Source of the DNA: Heptranchias perlo
Taxonomy: Eukaryota
NCBI RefSeq assembly: GCF_035084215.1
Contig: NC_090348.1
Coordinates: 14,632,001-14,696,000 of the forward strand
Reading direction: 5' to 3'
DNA length: 64,000 nucleotides
Below, piece by piece: positions 24,603-36,380 of the stretch. A model generated the notes under the pieces. The model was not told the origin of the DNA and ran no database searches. It worked only from the letters and a program-made list of their open reading frames with translations. The position numbers and the translations under genes were made by a program. Each line of letters starts with the position of its first letter. Position 1 is the first letter of the stretch.

Positions 24603-27600
24603 CTAAACAGAGCAACTGAGCCTACCACTAAAACGTGCAGCTTACTAATTGTCTTTGGCAAGAAAAACAATAGTAAAGGAACAGCGCAGAGTGAAACAAA
24701 CTAAAGCTTACACAATTAGGCTTAAGTATTAGCTTGCTCAGATCCAAATTAGAGGCAATCTGAGCAACAAAGGGTCGCACTTTTCAAATATTCTTTATAA
24801 ATGAAGATATCCAAGGGAAAAGTGATTCTGCATTCCGGTTCTAGCCTCCATTAGTCCTTACAAGGTAGCATCTCTTGAATTCAACCAGTGAAATCATTAC
24901 CCACTGTGCATTTTGACCAAAATGAAGCATTTTTGTCGGTGATGGATTATGTTTTGGGTTTTTCATGGCTGGTCATGGTACACACATGGTTAGAGTCAGA
25001 TACTGTTAGAATAATTCTGATCAATTCTACCATTTTATTAGAAATATAATCTGTCCATTTAAAGTCTTTCACAGTTGCCTTAGCTGTGTTTTCTTTCACT
25101 TCATCACAATATTTTGGTTTATCGTGGCTACAATTATCTTCATAGAAGAAAATAAATGACTGCATTACGATTATGGGGGTGGGGGGGGGGGTTATGTATC
25201 ACAATATGTTGATATATCGAAGTATTAAGAGATCCTTAAACAGGAAATGAACAAGCCTGTCAACACAGCTGTTTTAAAATGATATCACTGATAAATGACA
25301 GTAGTAATACTATGGCTATTCCAACTTGAATGCCCTGGACCTGATGGTACACAGGCTGCAAAGCCTCATTTCACTTTTAAGATCAATATACCAGTTAAGG
25401 CAATTTGTGCTGAATTTTAAAGTGCATTTTTATGCTTAATTAACATTATATTTGACACTACTTAGGAATTAAGATTTTTTTTCTACTTCAGCAACCAATA
25501 CTTTCATGTCAAACAAGTTGTTAACCAACAATGTGCACAGCCTCAAAAATGCCACCTCAACCACACCAGAGACGCCTTGACTTCATCAGGTGCTAATTCT
25601 ACTTTTTACACATATGACTGAAGTGAATCAAAAATCTGAAATGAATAAATTATGGGATGTTTTTGCTACATCCACATATCTACAAAGTATCAGACTAAGA
25701 CAGTGAGATTAAGTTTTACTTGTAATCCTGACACATTTAAAATCGAAACACTGTCACTTATTGCGGGGCTGAATTGAAATGTGCTCATCAGTAATGTGTT
25801 GTGGGGCATCACGGGCACCATTTTGTCTCCTGTTCTCTCCTTTTTTTATTGTTCGTTTTCTAGACCAAAATCAACCCAAATTCTACCTCAGAAACAAATG
25901 AGAGAGATCCTCTTTAGAATGATATTGCTTTGATGAATATTATTCAGTGCAAACCACTTTAAACTGGGCAAAGTCACTTTACAAAACATTACACCAAGAC
26001 AGTCATTCTTGGTATATTGAATTGCTTCATTTTCACTACTGTTATTAATGGTTCTATTGTAAATAGAGAAGAGGCTCTTTCATTACTCTGTTCACAACCA
26101 GCCATCTTGTATACATTCAGGCCTATGTACAATACGTTTGCCAAGTTGGTCCAGGATTAAGAATATCTACCAAAACGGTATAACCAGAAAGACATCAGAT
26201 TTTCTCTCTATTCATATCTTGTACTCAGCTGTAATGATTACAAATAAACATCACCAAACCCTAACCCATCTCACTGGTTTTTCGAACCTTCATTGTCAAA
26301 GAAACTGCTGCAGCACGCTTCTCAAGTTACATGCAGATAAACGTGAACCTAAGGCGCAATTTCCCAAAAACCAGAAAATCAATTGCTAAAGTAAACATGA
26401 GCTGCCAGAAGCCACGTAGATTTTATCAAAGCAGTTCTGCAGCATTGGATCGTTTTACCCTGTTTATTGAGTGCAACATTCAAGTCATTTAACGCAGGGG
26501 AAAGTTTTCTCCTAGCTCACGGTTTATGTGATGTAGAAGGGTCAGAATAACCAGAGTATGGGTGGATTACATAATCTATTTGAGGAAGTTAATGCCCTGT
26601 TGCCAACAGCAAATGCAGTTCATCAAGAGTTTTTCTAAATTCCTGCGTGTAACTTTCATTTATACTCTCAGTTCAGTTGTATCAATTAATTCAGTCATGT
26701 AGTCTTGGAGTGACTTCATTCTTTGTGAAATATTTTTCTTTTGCATTCCTTAAATTTCAAAGTAAGTACAATTTATAATCAAGTGCCACAATTCCTTTTG
26801 GAATTTAATCATGTCTTGATCTATCTGTATCAGTCTGTATTATCCAACGACGACAAACTGTCGTTTGCAATAATCACATCAATATCCCAGGTAGATCCCT
26901 CTGTCCGAAAACAAGCATGATGTTAATTACAAAAATGCAATTCTTGATTCGCCAGGTCTTCGGAAATTGCCATATTGTTTTCCAAATATTGTTGTATTCA
27001 TCTCATGATCTCTTTGAGAAATTCTGGCTTGAAGTAGTATGTCAGAGCGAGCGAGTTGTGATAGGTTTCTGCATAACAGCTAAGGACGGTGATAGGCTAA
27101 ACGAGAGAAGTTGGCAACATTTTTTGTAAGCATTGAAACTAACTTGCAAGTGTTGCTCCAAAGAAGATAAAGGATATTGCAGAAGAACCTACACTTAATT
27201 AGCTGTATATGTGAATTCAGAGTTACCAGAAAAAGAATCCCCTCAGCCTGGAATCACGCAAGAAACTGTCCTGTTCATCAAGCTAAACTGAGGTAGTCTG
27301 CTGAGGAAACCGCATTTTCTTATTTGGAACATTGCAGATAATGAAGGTGAGCAGAAGGAGACGGAGTTAACATTCTTCTGTGTTTTTCAGTTTAGCACTT
27401 TAACACCTCATGTTGATGTCATTAAAATCTGTTCAATTCGTTAGCAGGTTGTGAACATTGATCTCAGTGTAGTTTTTTGTTAAAATCTAATTTGATAGGG
27501 ATATCAAAGAAGTTCCAAGTAAGATCATTCATCAGGAAGCTCTTGCACAGCTGCAATGCCCAGTTGCAAAGGTGTTCTGCATTTCCTCCGGATCTCTCAC

Positions 27601-29244
27601 CAGCTGGTTTAAATCTTGTCACCTTCAGAACTGTGTACAAACATCTGAGCTGCTTTTTCCACCAACTTTTTTGCCAAGATAACTTTCCGTTGGCCCTCGC
27701 AATTAAAGATTTCCCCTCAGACTGTCGGACAGAAATGAGGTGGTACATTTTCACGGTGTTACAGATTAAGATGATTTCTGTGGACGTCAGGTCATTCAAC
27801 TTTTCTTTGTACACGGAGGCACTTCCAACAGTCCGGGAGCGTGAGGATTTAAAAGGCACTAGCAACTAACTACCTCATTTACTGAGTTTCTGCAGTAAAG
27901 TAGAGGGAAACCAAAAAAAAAACAAATGTCTTATCTCAATCGGGATAGATTAGGAAATGAGTTGCAACTTGGAGGCATCATTTATATATATTTTACATTT
28001 ACATTCTGCTAAAATGCACAAAGGCATGCTTTCTTATCAGTGTGATTAGTTCCATTTTAAATTAAATCGTATCATATATAGATATACACATTATCTAACC
28101 TGCTTTCATTTGGTTCAGAGATTTCCCAGAAGTAAATGGGCTCTGTTGCATCATATTTTGAGCGTTGTTAGGACACGAACCAACTCATTTCCCTGAAATT
28201 CTACAGGAACATCATCAGGTCCCTCAATGTTCTACCTTTACTGATTAAATCTCTTTTGTAACCTGACGTCATGCATAAGTTATAGTGGGTTACATGTTAG
28301 CCTTCCCAAAGAGGCCATAATATTAAGTAGTTAAACATGCTATGAAAAGTTACTCTACCCCATACAAGTTAACATTCAGGCTATGAGTGCTTCGAAGTAA
28401 TACATTAAATAACAAGCCATTCATTGCACCTTTGGTGAAAGCAAATGAGAACTGACTCTCCAGAAATATAAATTAAAACGCAAACTTAATTCCTGTTATT
28501 TGAGGTAATGTCCCAGGCATGCCACGACAAAAGTCAATAATAAATATCAAGGCATGCTATTATTTATGGGATTTTCTTTTTGAATTACGTTTCTCGCATC
28601 AAATTGGGGACAGGGGAATTTTACTTTCAGTCCTGGAAGCACACGAATTGCACTATCTGCAAAATTGTAACACTGCAGATGTTTTCAGCAGATACGTTGT
28701 TACATCATAAAGTTCAGGCAAAAGCAGCCGCTTGTTTTATTTGATAAAGGACGGTGGTGTATTTTTCAGAGGAACTAAACCGTCACATCACCTCTCGCAA
28801 TGAAATACTCATCAGTAGTGCGAATACTGCAGACGCTTGCATGTTTCACCAGAACGCAGGAATATGAAGCATTTGGTTATTTGTTTGTTATTTGGATGCA
28901 CGGTGCAGCTTGCAAAATTGCACCTTAACACATGCATTGGTATTTGTAAATGAACTGAGAAAAACGTCCATTCGAGTTTGGTGAACGGGTACAAGTCCAG
29001 GTTTATAAAAAGGTACCTACGGATGCTCACGAGAAGGGATCGGGAAATGTTTTCCCTCGTTACCCAGTTGGAGAAAGAAAGCCATTTAAAAATAAATGAA
29101 AATATACCTTCCACGTAATTCTGAAAGCTTATTTTGCTGAGCATAACTGCAATGCCACAACTCATCAACGAGGTCAACAAAGCAATACATGGGTCAGTAA
29201 CAGTGTCTGGAAAGCATGACTGCCGTCACTGAGCCCGTGGCTCT

Positions 29245-30717
29245 TTAAACATCAGTCAGCAGTTTGCTCTTATTCACACAGTTTTGGTTTGCTACAGTGC
29301 AGTTGCCAGTTCTGAGATTTGCTTCTCTAAAATTATCTATGCTGTTGTTCACGTCTTCCTCGATCTCCATATAGTCCGACTTGCTAATAGTGGAGGAGCT
29401 GCGGCTTCGTAAATCACTGTCCGAAGCAATGTTCGGGCAGCTAACGTGCAGGTACTGAGCCTGCTCCTCCCCTTCGGTCTCCCGGTGGTAGAAGTAGTTG
29501 AAGTTGGAGACGATGACGGGCACGGGCAGGGCGATGGTCAGGACCCCGGCGATGGCACACAAGGATCCCACAATCTTTCCTCCGATGGTGATGGGATGCA
29601 TGTCTCCATAACCCACCGTAGTCATGGTGACCACTGCCCACCAGAAAGCTTCTGGGATGCTGGTGAAATAGGACAACCGGTCGTCAGCTTCCGCGAAGAA
29701 CGCGGCACTGGAAAACAGAATGACTCCGATAAACAGAAAAAAGATAAGCAGTCCCAGCTCCCTCATACTGGCTTTAAGAGTCTGTCCCAAGATCTGGAGG
29801 CCTTTCGAGTGCCGGGACAACTTGAAAATCCGAAATACTCGAACCAAACGGATAACTCTGAGGATGGCCAGAGAAGTGGTCTGTTCCCCGCTCTTGTTGC
29901 CCTCGGCCTCCTCTGCCAATTCAGTGCCCAGGGTGATGAAATAGGGGATGATCGCCACTATGTCAATGAAATTCATGATGTTCTTGAAGAACTCCGCCTT
30001 GCTGGGACAGGCGAAGAATCTGACTGTCAGTTCGAAGGAGAACCAGATGATGCAGAGTGTCTCCACGATAAAGAAGGGGCCGGTGAGGATGCTGGCTTTG
30101 TAGGTGATGGTGGTGTTCCCGACTTCCATCGTCCGTTCCCTGTCGTCCTTCAGTTCAGGCAGGGTCTCCAGGCAGAAGATGACGATGGAGATTAAAATGA
30201 CCATCACGGAGATGATGGCAATTCCCCTGGCTGGCCCCGAGCTCTCCGGATGCTCGAACAGCAGCCATACCTGGCGCTGGTACTCGTTCTCAGGCAATGG
30301 GCGCTCCTCCTCCCTGATGAACCCTTCGTCCTCCCGGAATTTTTCCATCGCCTCCTCGCCCAGCTCGTAGAATTTAATCTCCTCCGAGAACATCTCCAGC
30401 GGCACATTGACGGGTCTGCGGAGCCGGCCCCCCGACTGGTAATAGTACAGGATGGCATCGAAACTGGGGCGATTCCGGTCGAAGAAATACTCGTTCCGCA
30501 ACGGGTCGAAGTAGCGCATCCTCTTCTTGGGGTTTCCCAGCAGGGTGTGGGGGAATTGGGCCAGGGTCTTGAGCTGGGTCTCGAACCTCAGCCCTGAGAT
30601 GTTGATGACCACCCGCTCACAACACTCGTGGTCATCGTGGTCCGGCGGGTAGCTGTCCTGAGGGTGGCCGGGCAAAGCCGAGGCTTCGTCTATGTTGTCG
30701 CCGGCGAGAACCGTCAT
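29245..30717 (-). CDS. KCNA1: Kv1.1 copy 2, 490 aa, protein identical to copy 1
   Basis: ORF translation identical to copy 1; only two synonymous differences seen, both near the C-terminus (GAC/GAT, AAT/AAC). Confidence 0.97.
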   Translation of the reverse strand: MTVLAGDNIDEASALPGHPQDSYPPDHDDHECCERVVINISGLRFETQLKTLAQFPHTLLGNPKKRMRYFDPLRNEYFFDRNRPSFDAILYYYQSGGRLRRPVNVPLEMFSEEIKFYELGEEAMEKFREDEGFIREEERPLPENEYQRQVWLLFEHPESSGPARGIAIISVMVILISIVIFCLETLPELKDDRERTMEVGNTTITYKASILTGPFFIVETLCIIWFSFELTVRFFACPSKAEFFKNIMNFIDIVAIIPYFITLGTELAEEAEGNKSGEQTTSLAILRVIRLVRVFRIFKLSRHSKGLQILGQTLKASMRELGLLIFFLFIGVILFSSAAFFAEADDRLSYFTSIPEAFWWAVVTMTTVGYGDMHPITIGGKIVGSLCAIAGVLTIALPVPVIVSNFNYFYHRETEGEEQAQYLHVSCPNIASDSDLRSRSSSTISKSDYMEIEEDVNNSIDNFREANLRTGNCTVANQNCVNKSKLLTDV

Positions 30718-31172
30718 CCTGCCGGCCGACGGCGTTCAGTGGGGCGATTTGGCTGGGTCCGATTCACTGACTGCTACTCCCCCGCGATCGGACATTCGGA
30801 GGCAGCACTTTGGAGGGGGTGGGGAGGATGGGTGGGGGCTCTAAGGGAGAACGGGTCTAACGGATCACTCTGGGTTTTCTGGCTGATTTAACCATTGTGG
30901 GACTCAGCACTTCAAACGGATCCAAGTGATCTCAGCAGCTCAGCAAATTCCGTGGCGCTTCTACCCCCCTCAGGACCAAAGTGCTGCGGAATACAAAAGG
31001 TTAGCATAAAACAAAACCGAGCTTGACATAAATGGGCAAATGTTGGACCTTATGTGAATGGAGCTCATGCACTGAAGAGTTTTCCAGCAGCCCGCACCTC
31101 GCGTTCTTACAACTTCGCAGAATTGTAAACAATTTTACAACACCAAGTTATAGTCCAGCAATTTTATTTTAA

Positions 31173-31213
31173 ATTCACAAGCTTTCGGAGATTTTCTCCT
31201 TCCTCAGGCAAAC
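31173..31213 (-). ncRNA. Minimal type I hammerhead ribozyme motif (left PLE arm)
   Basis: Minus strand GUUUGC-CUGAGGA-A-GGAG-AAAAU-CUCC-GAAA-GCUU-GUGAAU: conserved core, stem II, palindromic AAGCUU stem III and a 6-bp stem I with G-U pairs. Confidence 0.7.
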
Positions 31214-31838
31214 GTTTCAAGAGCTCCTTGATGCCTACGCATTTATACATATTGAACAATACATGGTGTTTACAGACTGCCCCTGCAACTGCCCGTTGCC
31301 AAGGCAATCACCGTGTTCAGACAGAGAGGTGTCACCTGCAGAACCCCCGAATACACATTCAACAAAAAAACAAACAGGGAAAAAAAACAGAGAAAAAAAA
31401 AACACAGAGAGAGGCAGAAACATCCGGAAGGCAGAGAGAGCCAGCAAATGACCCATTATATTAAAAACAGATAACATTTGTTCGCTGGTGGGGTAACGTG
31501 TAGCGTGACATGAACCCAAGATCCCAGTTGAGGCCGTCCTCATGGGTGCGGAACTTGGCTATCAATTTCTGCTCGACGATTTTGCGTTGTCGTGTGTCTC
31601 GAAGGCCGCCTTGGAGTACGCTTACCCGAAGGTCGGTGGATGAATGTCCATGACTGCTGAAGTGTTCCCCGACTGGGAGGGAACCCTCCTGTTTGGCGAT
31701 TGTTGTGCGGTGTCCGTTCATCCGTTGTCGCAGCGTCTGCATGGTCTCGCCAATGTACCATGCTCTGGGGCATCCTTTCCTGCAACGTATGAGGTAGACA
31801 ACGTTGGCCGAGTCACAGGACTATGAACCACCCACCTG

Positions 31839-32216
31839 GTGCATGGTTCATACTCCTGTGACTCGGCCAACGTTGTCTACCTCATACGTTGCAGGAAAGG
31901 ATGCCCCAGAGCATGGTACATTGGCGAGACCATGCAGACGCTGCGACAACGGATGAACGGACACCGCGCAACAATCGCCAAACAGGAGGGTTCCCTCCCA
32001 GTCGGGGAACACTTCAGCAGTCATGGACATTCATCCACCGACCTTCGGGTAAGCGTACTCCAAGGCGGCCTTCGAGACACACGACAACGCAAAATCGTCG
32101 AGCAGAAATTGATAGCCAAGTTCCGCACCCATGAGGACGGCCTCAACCGGGATCTTGGGTTCATGTCACGCTACACGTTACCCCACCAGCGAAAAATTTA
32201 TCTGTTTTTAATATAA
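31839..32216 (+). pseudogene. Truncated PLE ORF, GIY-YIG endonuclease domain only (mirror copy at 31461-31830 on minus strand)
   Basis: VVYLIRC..C...YIGET motif with downstream R, H, E and GLN residues; no RT domain present. Confidence 0.85.
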
Positions 32217-32458
32217 TGGGTCATTTGCTGGCTCTCTCTGCCTTCCGGATGTTTCTGCCTCTCTCTGTGTTTTTTTTTTCTCTGTTTTTTTTCCCTGTTT
32301 GTTTTTTTGTTGAATGTGTATTCGGGGGTTCTGCAGGTGACACCTCTCTGTCTGAACACGGTGATTGCCTTGGCAACGGGCAGTTGCAGGGGCAGTCTGT
32401 AAACACCATGTATTGTTCAATATGTATAAATGCGTAGGCTTCAAGGAGCTCTTGAAAC

Positions 32459-32499
32459 ATTTGCCTGAGGAAGGAGAAAATCTCCGAAAGCTTGTGAAT
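32459..32499 (+). ncRNA. Minimal type I hammerhead ribozyme motif (right PLE arm)
   Basis: AUUUGC-CUGAGGA(32465-32471)-A-GGAG-AAAAU-CUCC-GAAA(32486-32489)-GCUU-GUGAAU, followed by AATAAA at 32504-32509. Confidence 0.7.
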
Positions 32500-32617
32500 T
32501 TAAAATAAAATTGCTGGACTATAACTTGGTGTTGTAAAATTGTTTACAATTGTCAACCCCAGTCCATCACCGGCATCTCCACATCACATCTTCGCAGAAG
32601 GCAGCGAATGCTTTTCG

Positions 32618-32727
32618 CTGGAAAAAAAACAGCTGCAGTATTAGGATAGGAGGGAGGAGGAGGAGGAGCAGGAGGAACTCTGCAACTGCAGGGTTCACTT
32701 GGAGCGAAGTGAAAAATAAACCCTTAC
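32618..32727 (-). other. Predicted 110-nt 5'UTR intron of KCNA1 copy 2
   Basis: Same donor, branch and acceptor signals as copy 1. Confidence 0.65.
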
Positions 32728-33547
32728 CTGATAAGTAAAGGAGGACAAAATGAACAGTGCAGGAATGCGACCCAGCCTCGGAGCAATGCAAAGCTTTCCT
32801 GCGTACTTCTACCTCGCTTTACTATGGATATCGGTTTACAGCTTTGTGTGTATGAGATCTGCTGAAATATTAATAGCCTATATTATACTGTACTGACACC
32901 ATTTACAAGTCATTTGTTCCTGACGTTGGTTGCAGCAAGCAGCGGTCTAGGTTAAGAATGAAAACTCGCCGGCGCTGTTTTAAAACACCACCAATTAAAG
33001 TGCAGAGAAAAAATACGTTAAACTGTGCACACGGACTTCATGGCAGGTTACGGAAAAAGATCTTCTGGTACAGCATCCTGGCCCCTTGTTGAAGGCTCAT
33101 GTGGTGCAGTGTGGAAGACTGAATACATTAAAGCCAAGCGAGCTGGTCATCCCCTAGCATTGCAGTATCAGCAAAAAATAAATAAGAGCAGTGTTTTGTG
33201 GAGTGTAGACAGGGCACCGTTCTCCGGCCAGTAACCTCACAGCTCCAGCAAAGCAGGTCCCACATTACAGTGAGAACAGCCGCTTCCTAAAAAAAATCTC
33301 TACTATTTCTCACATACGAAAAATTGAGATATTTTAGACGCAGTGCAGACAACCCGGTAAAATCCTCAGTGCACACGACGCCGTGCACACTCGCAAAAAA
33401 AAACGCACCATAAACATGAAAACTGCTGCATCATTTGGTTAGATTTTACGACAATGTTCCTTTGACTGCAGCTCACTGTAGCAAACCTTCGAACCCAATC
33501 ACTGCAGCGCGAGTTCAGCCGGCAGGTACAGTGTTACTGTACGGAGA

Positions 33548-33654
33548 TATATATGCAGCAAGCAGCCATACAACAGCCCACATTAATTGTAAACAGTTAC
33601 AGGGATGGACTGTCTTACAGTCTTTTCAATGTTTAATAGGCCAATGCCCCGCCC
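33548..33654 (-). promoter_or_regulatory. Putative core promoter of copy 2
   Basis: TATATAT 33548-33554, CCAAT 33641-33645, GC box 33646-33654. Confidence 0.4.
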
Positions 33655-34445
33655 TTTATTTGCTCAAGATTAGCAAAACAGATCAATTGTTCCCATCACA
33701 TAATATTCTGTTGACAGTTTACAATTAAGTGTTGGACATAATCTGATGATGTTTTAACTGAAGTATCGGCAACTTGAGAAATACGATTTTGTTGGTGTAT
33801 CTATAAAAAACTCTCATCCTCTCCCCGTTTATATTATATTCCCACAATTTTAACTAAACTTGAAAGAACAAACGCGCAGTCAGTTAAAAAGAAAATGCGC
33901 TAAAAACGTAACCAGGACATTCTTGCGTTTTGATGGCCTTCAATTTGAAAACAGCGAAAACAGAGCATCTGCGTGAACTTCAAATGGTTCTGGAAATCGA
34001 TCGAGCCTGACAATTAACAGAGAAAGGGCCGTCACTGGACTCGGGAGTTAATGTTTCACCAGTTATGTAATTTGACTGATGCCAATCCACGTTACCAGAA
34101 GGCGCTGTTCACAGTCCCATTTGGGGTTCGCAACCTCCGACACCACAACACGTATATTTTATTTGAGAATTCTTAATTCAAGGCTGTTTACTGGCGAATT
34201 CTTCCTCACTGTTGGTAAAAGCTTAGAATGTGAAGTAGAGAAAGAAATGATTACCAGCTGCTGCAACTCCTTGTTTGTGAATTTGATGGTTAGCCATTAG
34301 GTCTGTTTCTACAGTGAGTTTATATGACCACAGTGTGTTAACTCTAAATGCTCCGAACAGAAATAAACTATATAAACTGTAACATAACCAGAGACGTATA
34401 AATGCACGGGAATACACGGCCTATGCCTCGGAAACTCGGCCTCTT

Positions 34446-34899
34446 TGGGTTGCCAATTATCCAGGGTTGTCCTGGAGTCTCCAAGAGTTCACCATCACCT
34501 TCTCAAGGGCAATTAGGGATGGGCAATAAATGCTGGCCTCAATCTGCTCACAGCCACGCCCAAATCCCATGAACGAACAAAACAAAATATCCAGGATACT
34601 ACTATAAGCAGGCCAAGGGAGAAACCCTGCCGGTATTAAAAACGTTTTTTTTTCATATTCGTTGAACACTTTTGTTTATTAGTTAGGAAAATATTGAAGG
34701 TGCCAAAAATAGGCTGTTTGACTGACAGTCAAGAATCATCCAATCGGGTAATGAAGTCTGCTTGCTTTCCAATTATCATAGGAAGGAGGTCCTACATGTG
34801 GGATGACCAATGGCGAGAGCATGGGGGTGGGGCGGTTAGAAGCGGGAGGTCACGTGATGAAACCTCCAGGAATATGTCCAAGCAAAGTTGGCAACCCTA
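34446..34899. mobile_element. hAT-type MITE (unit 2 copy) with a nested LINE 3' tip at ~34490-34585
   Basis: gggttgccaa...gttggcaacccta termini; internal caccatcaccttctcaagggcaattagggatgggcaataaatgctggcc is absent from unit 1 and matches the element at 61.9 kb. Confidence 0.7.
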
Positions 34900-35928
34900 G
34901 GACCCCCATTTGGGGCCCCATGATCGCAGCTTATCATAACCTTAAACAAGGTTGCCTGCCGGCTGTATTAATTGGCATGCACCGACAGAAGTGACTGGAA
35001 TTTGGGTGTTGGGGGCGTTGGGGGGGCAGGGGAAGACATGGGAGGTTAGTTACCTGACTGTGGTTGCGCTTGTGCCTTGTGCCCCAGACATGGTGCCATG
35101 ACCTGGAAGACGCAGTTGAAGAAACCTGTGAGCAGATTAGGAAGACTAGAAGACCCCATCCAATCGGGGGGGGGGGGGGGGCAGAGATGGTGGAAGAATT
35201 TTTAGATGCTTCTGGAGCTCTTCTGGAGATTGAATATTTAATCTTTTTAAGACATTTTATCACATGTTTGTACTTAAATGGATGGGTGGGGGTGGGGAAA
35301 TGTTCTTCATACCCAGGACCCCAACAGTTCTTGATGTAGTCCTGGACATAATCCAAAAATTCTGCAGATGGTGGAGGTTTCAGAATCATTAGCACCAATT
35401 TGATATTTTATACAATACATATAGGCTATCTGCATTGTCTTGTTCAACAATGTAACATGATAAATAAATCCAGAAATGAGGTGTCTCTCCCATTAAATGA
35501 CAAATCATTAAGTGGGTTGTGGTCAGACACAGATCAAGAACAAGAGGCCTTGCAACTGATGCGTATCCTTAATAAGTGCAATGGACGCTCCTTAAGGCAC
35601 ATATCTGTGGGGAAACAAAACTCAACTCTTAGAAAATATATGTATGAAGACTTTGAGGTCACAGACCTTTTTTTGTTCTCTGTCTCTTTTTGCTCCAACC
35701 AATGAAGCAAAATAATTTTATATATGTTCCATCGGGGAGGGCAGGAGGAAGTGCCTGAATTGAGGTGGCTGTTCTTTTTTGCAGTGCAATTAGCCAATCA
35801 GTGACAAACAGCTGGTGGTGGGGCAAAGATTAAGTAGTTGGCTCACTGCCTTTATCTGGGTGAAAAATGTGAGTCTGTAGTAGCTGTGTTCTGATATAAA
35901 TGTTAGGTTCCCTACCATCCTTACAGTC

Positions 35929-36380
35929 AGCCGTGGCCCAGTGGCAGCTCTCTCTTGCCTCTGAGTCAGGTTGTGGGTTCAAGCCCCACGCCAGAGCTTT
36001 GAGCACAAAATCTAGGCTGACATTCCAGTGCAGCACTGAGGGAGTGCTGCACGGTAGGACATGCTGTCTTTCAGATGAGACATGAAACCAAAACCCCATC
36101 TGCTCTCAGGTGGATGTAAAAAATCCCATGCCACTATTTCGAAGAGGAGCAGGGAAATTCTGCCCAGTGTCCTGGCCAATATTTGTCCCAAAACCATCAC
36201 AAAAAAAAATCTGGTCATTTTCACATTGTTGTTTGTGGGACTTTGCTGAGTGCAAGTTGGCTGTTGCATTTCTTACATTATAACAATGACTACACTTCAA
36301 AAGTACTTGATTGGTTGTAAAGCGCTTTGGGGCATCCTGAAGTTGTGAAAGACGCACTATAAATGCAAGTCTTTCTTTCA
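35929..36380 (+). mobile_element. tRNA-derived Deu-type SINE, paralogous to 22917-23364
   Basis: Same flanks and structure as the SINE in the first spacer. Confidence 0.8.

Larger units (their letters stand above)
31123..32585. mobile_element. Penelope-like element (PLE) insertion, inverted/palindromic, specific to copy 2
   Basis: GIY-YIG endonuclease (SCDSANVVYLIRCRKGCPRAWYIGET..LRQRMNGHR..GLN); arms 31121-31830 and 31844-32551 are inverted; 14-bp TSD acaacttcgcagaa (31109-31122) / acatcttcgcagaa (32586-32599); site empty in copies 1 and 3. Confidence 0.92.

Noticed and set aside
27464-27869. 130-133 aa ORFs on both strands, repeated at 40409-40814
   Set aside because: Lie in the presumed 3'UTR, are disrupted by indels in unit 1 (13924-14360) and show no protein motif; identity between units 2 and 3 reflects homogenisation.
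31839-32216. Stand-alone GIY-YIG nuclease gene or bacterial contamination
   Set aside because: Cys-containing PLE-type domain, 5'-truncated, with hammerhead-bearing terminus and TSD; explained as a Penelope retroelement.
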